A stretch of 64,000 nt of DNA from Candidatus Poseidoniaceae archaeon (GTDB lineage: Archaea; Thermoplasmatota; Poseidoniia; Poseidoniales; Poseidoniaceae). Below, piece by piece: positions 63,820 through 64,000 of this stretch. The notes under the pieces are model-generated. The model was not told the DNA's origin. It ran no database searches and saw only the letters and a program-made list of their open reading frames with translations. Both the position numbers and the translations under genes were made by a program. Location of the stretch: NCBI GenBank assembly GCA_943789275.1, contig CALSTM010000003.1:160489-224488 (forward strand), read 5' to 3'. The stretch's first letter is position 1, and the number at the start of each line of letters is the position of its first letter.

Positions 63820-64000
63820 ATGGCGCCTTACGTGGAAGTCATTGCAAAAATTGGTGCAACTACGGTCAAATCGATCTTCGATGATGTGTGGAACAAAGAG
63901 GAAAAGGATATCGGATTCGAAGAAGACGATGCTTGGATGTCTCGATTTCTTGCAAAAATGGTCATTGATGATCTCATCGAAGACCAAGAGCAGTCCCGAA
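63820..64000 (+). CDS. hypothetical protein, 5' fragment (continues beyond window end)
   Basis: ATG 63820 gives MAPYVEVIAKIGATTVKSIFDDVWNKEEKDIGFEEDDAWMSRFLAKMVIDDLIEDQEQSR with no stop before 64000. The competing antisense 64-aa ORF is less protein-like. Confidence 0.25.
   Translation, partial: MAPYVEVIAKIGATTVKSIFDDVWNKEEKDIGFEEDDAWMSRFLAKMVIDDLIEDQEQSR

Larger units (their letters stand above)
56800..64000. mobile_element. low-GC (about 38-40% vs about 50%) putative integrated mobile/defence island: MTase-SAP, candidate REase, serine recombinase, repeat-bearing spacer, 964-aa unknown gene; right end beyond window
   Basis: The composition shift is visible by eye starting just after the MFS gene stop (56790). 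Gene content is typical of restriction-modification or defence cargo plus a site-specific recombinase. Confidence 0.45.

Overview
This window looks like an archaeal chromosomal segment of about 50% GC. The archaeal call rests on RNA polymerase subunit P, primase large subunit PriL, the topoisomerase VI B/A pair, an RFC-like clamp-loader ATPase, a split GMP synthase A subunit, and two tRNAs (Asp-GTC and Arg-CCT). Gene density is high on both strands. Housekeeping genes include pckA, a phosphohexomutase with an LbH transferase, top6BA, an SDR, a Rieske protein, a HIT protein and an SdhA/NadB-like flavoprotein. They are interleaved with an unusual number of very acidic, signal-peptide-bearing surface proteins, each with a C-terminal membrane anchor: a 1008-aa protein with LDL-receptor-A-like Cys repeats, a 1696-aa vWA and NTGN-type adhesin, a PKD protein, an LVIVD beta-propeller and a lipoprotein. 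Cytoplasmic proteins are not strongly acidic, so the organism is probably a marine or moderately halophilic euryarchaeon rather than a salt-in haloarchaeon; this is inference. The most striking region runs from about 56.8 kb to the window end. GC drops to roughly 38-40% there. The region carries a beta-class N4/N6 DNA methyltransferase with a C-terminal SAP motif, a Cys-rich candidate restriction endonuclease, a serine recombinase and about 800 bp of non-coding DNA with 19-20-bp direct repeats. It also carries a 964-aa protein with no recognisable motifs, driven by a textbook TATA box about 23 bp upstream of its ATG. This looks like an integrated mobile or defence island with an undescribed large component. 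Other notable items: a 1303-aa polytopic membrane protein of unknown family; a class-II-aldolase-domain gene whose acidic PSGP-repeat N-terminus is split by a frameshift inside the repeat; a recently tandem-duplicated beta-grasp-like two-domain protein next to rpoP; a PlsC-type acyltransferase in an archaeon; and an MFS transporter fused to a large extracellular N-terminal domain. No CRISPR array or rRNA was seen. All functional calls come from motif recognition by eye and are unverified by search.
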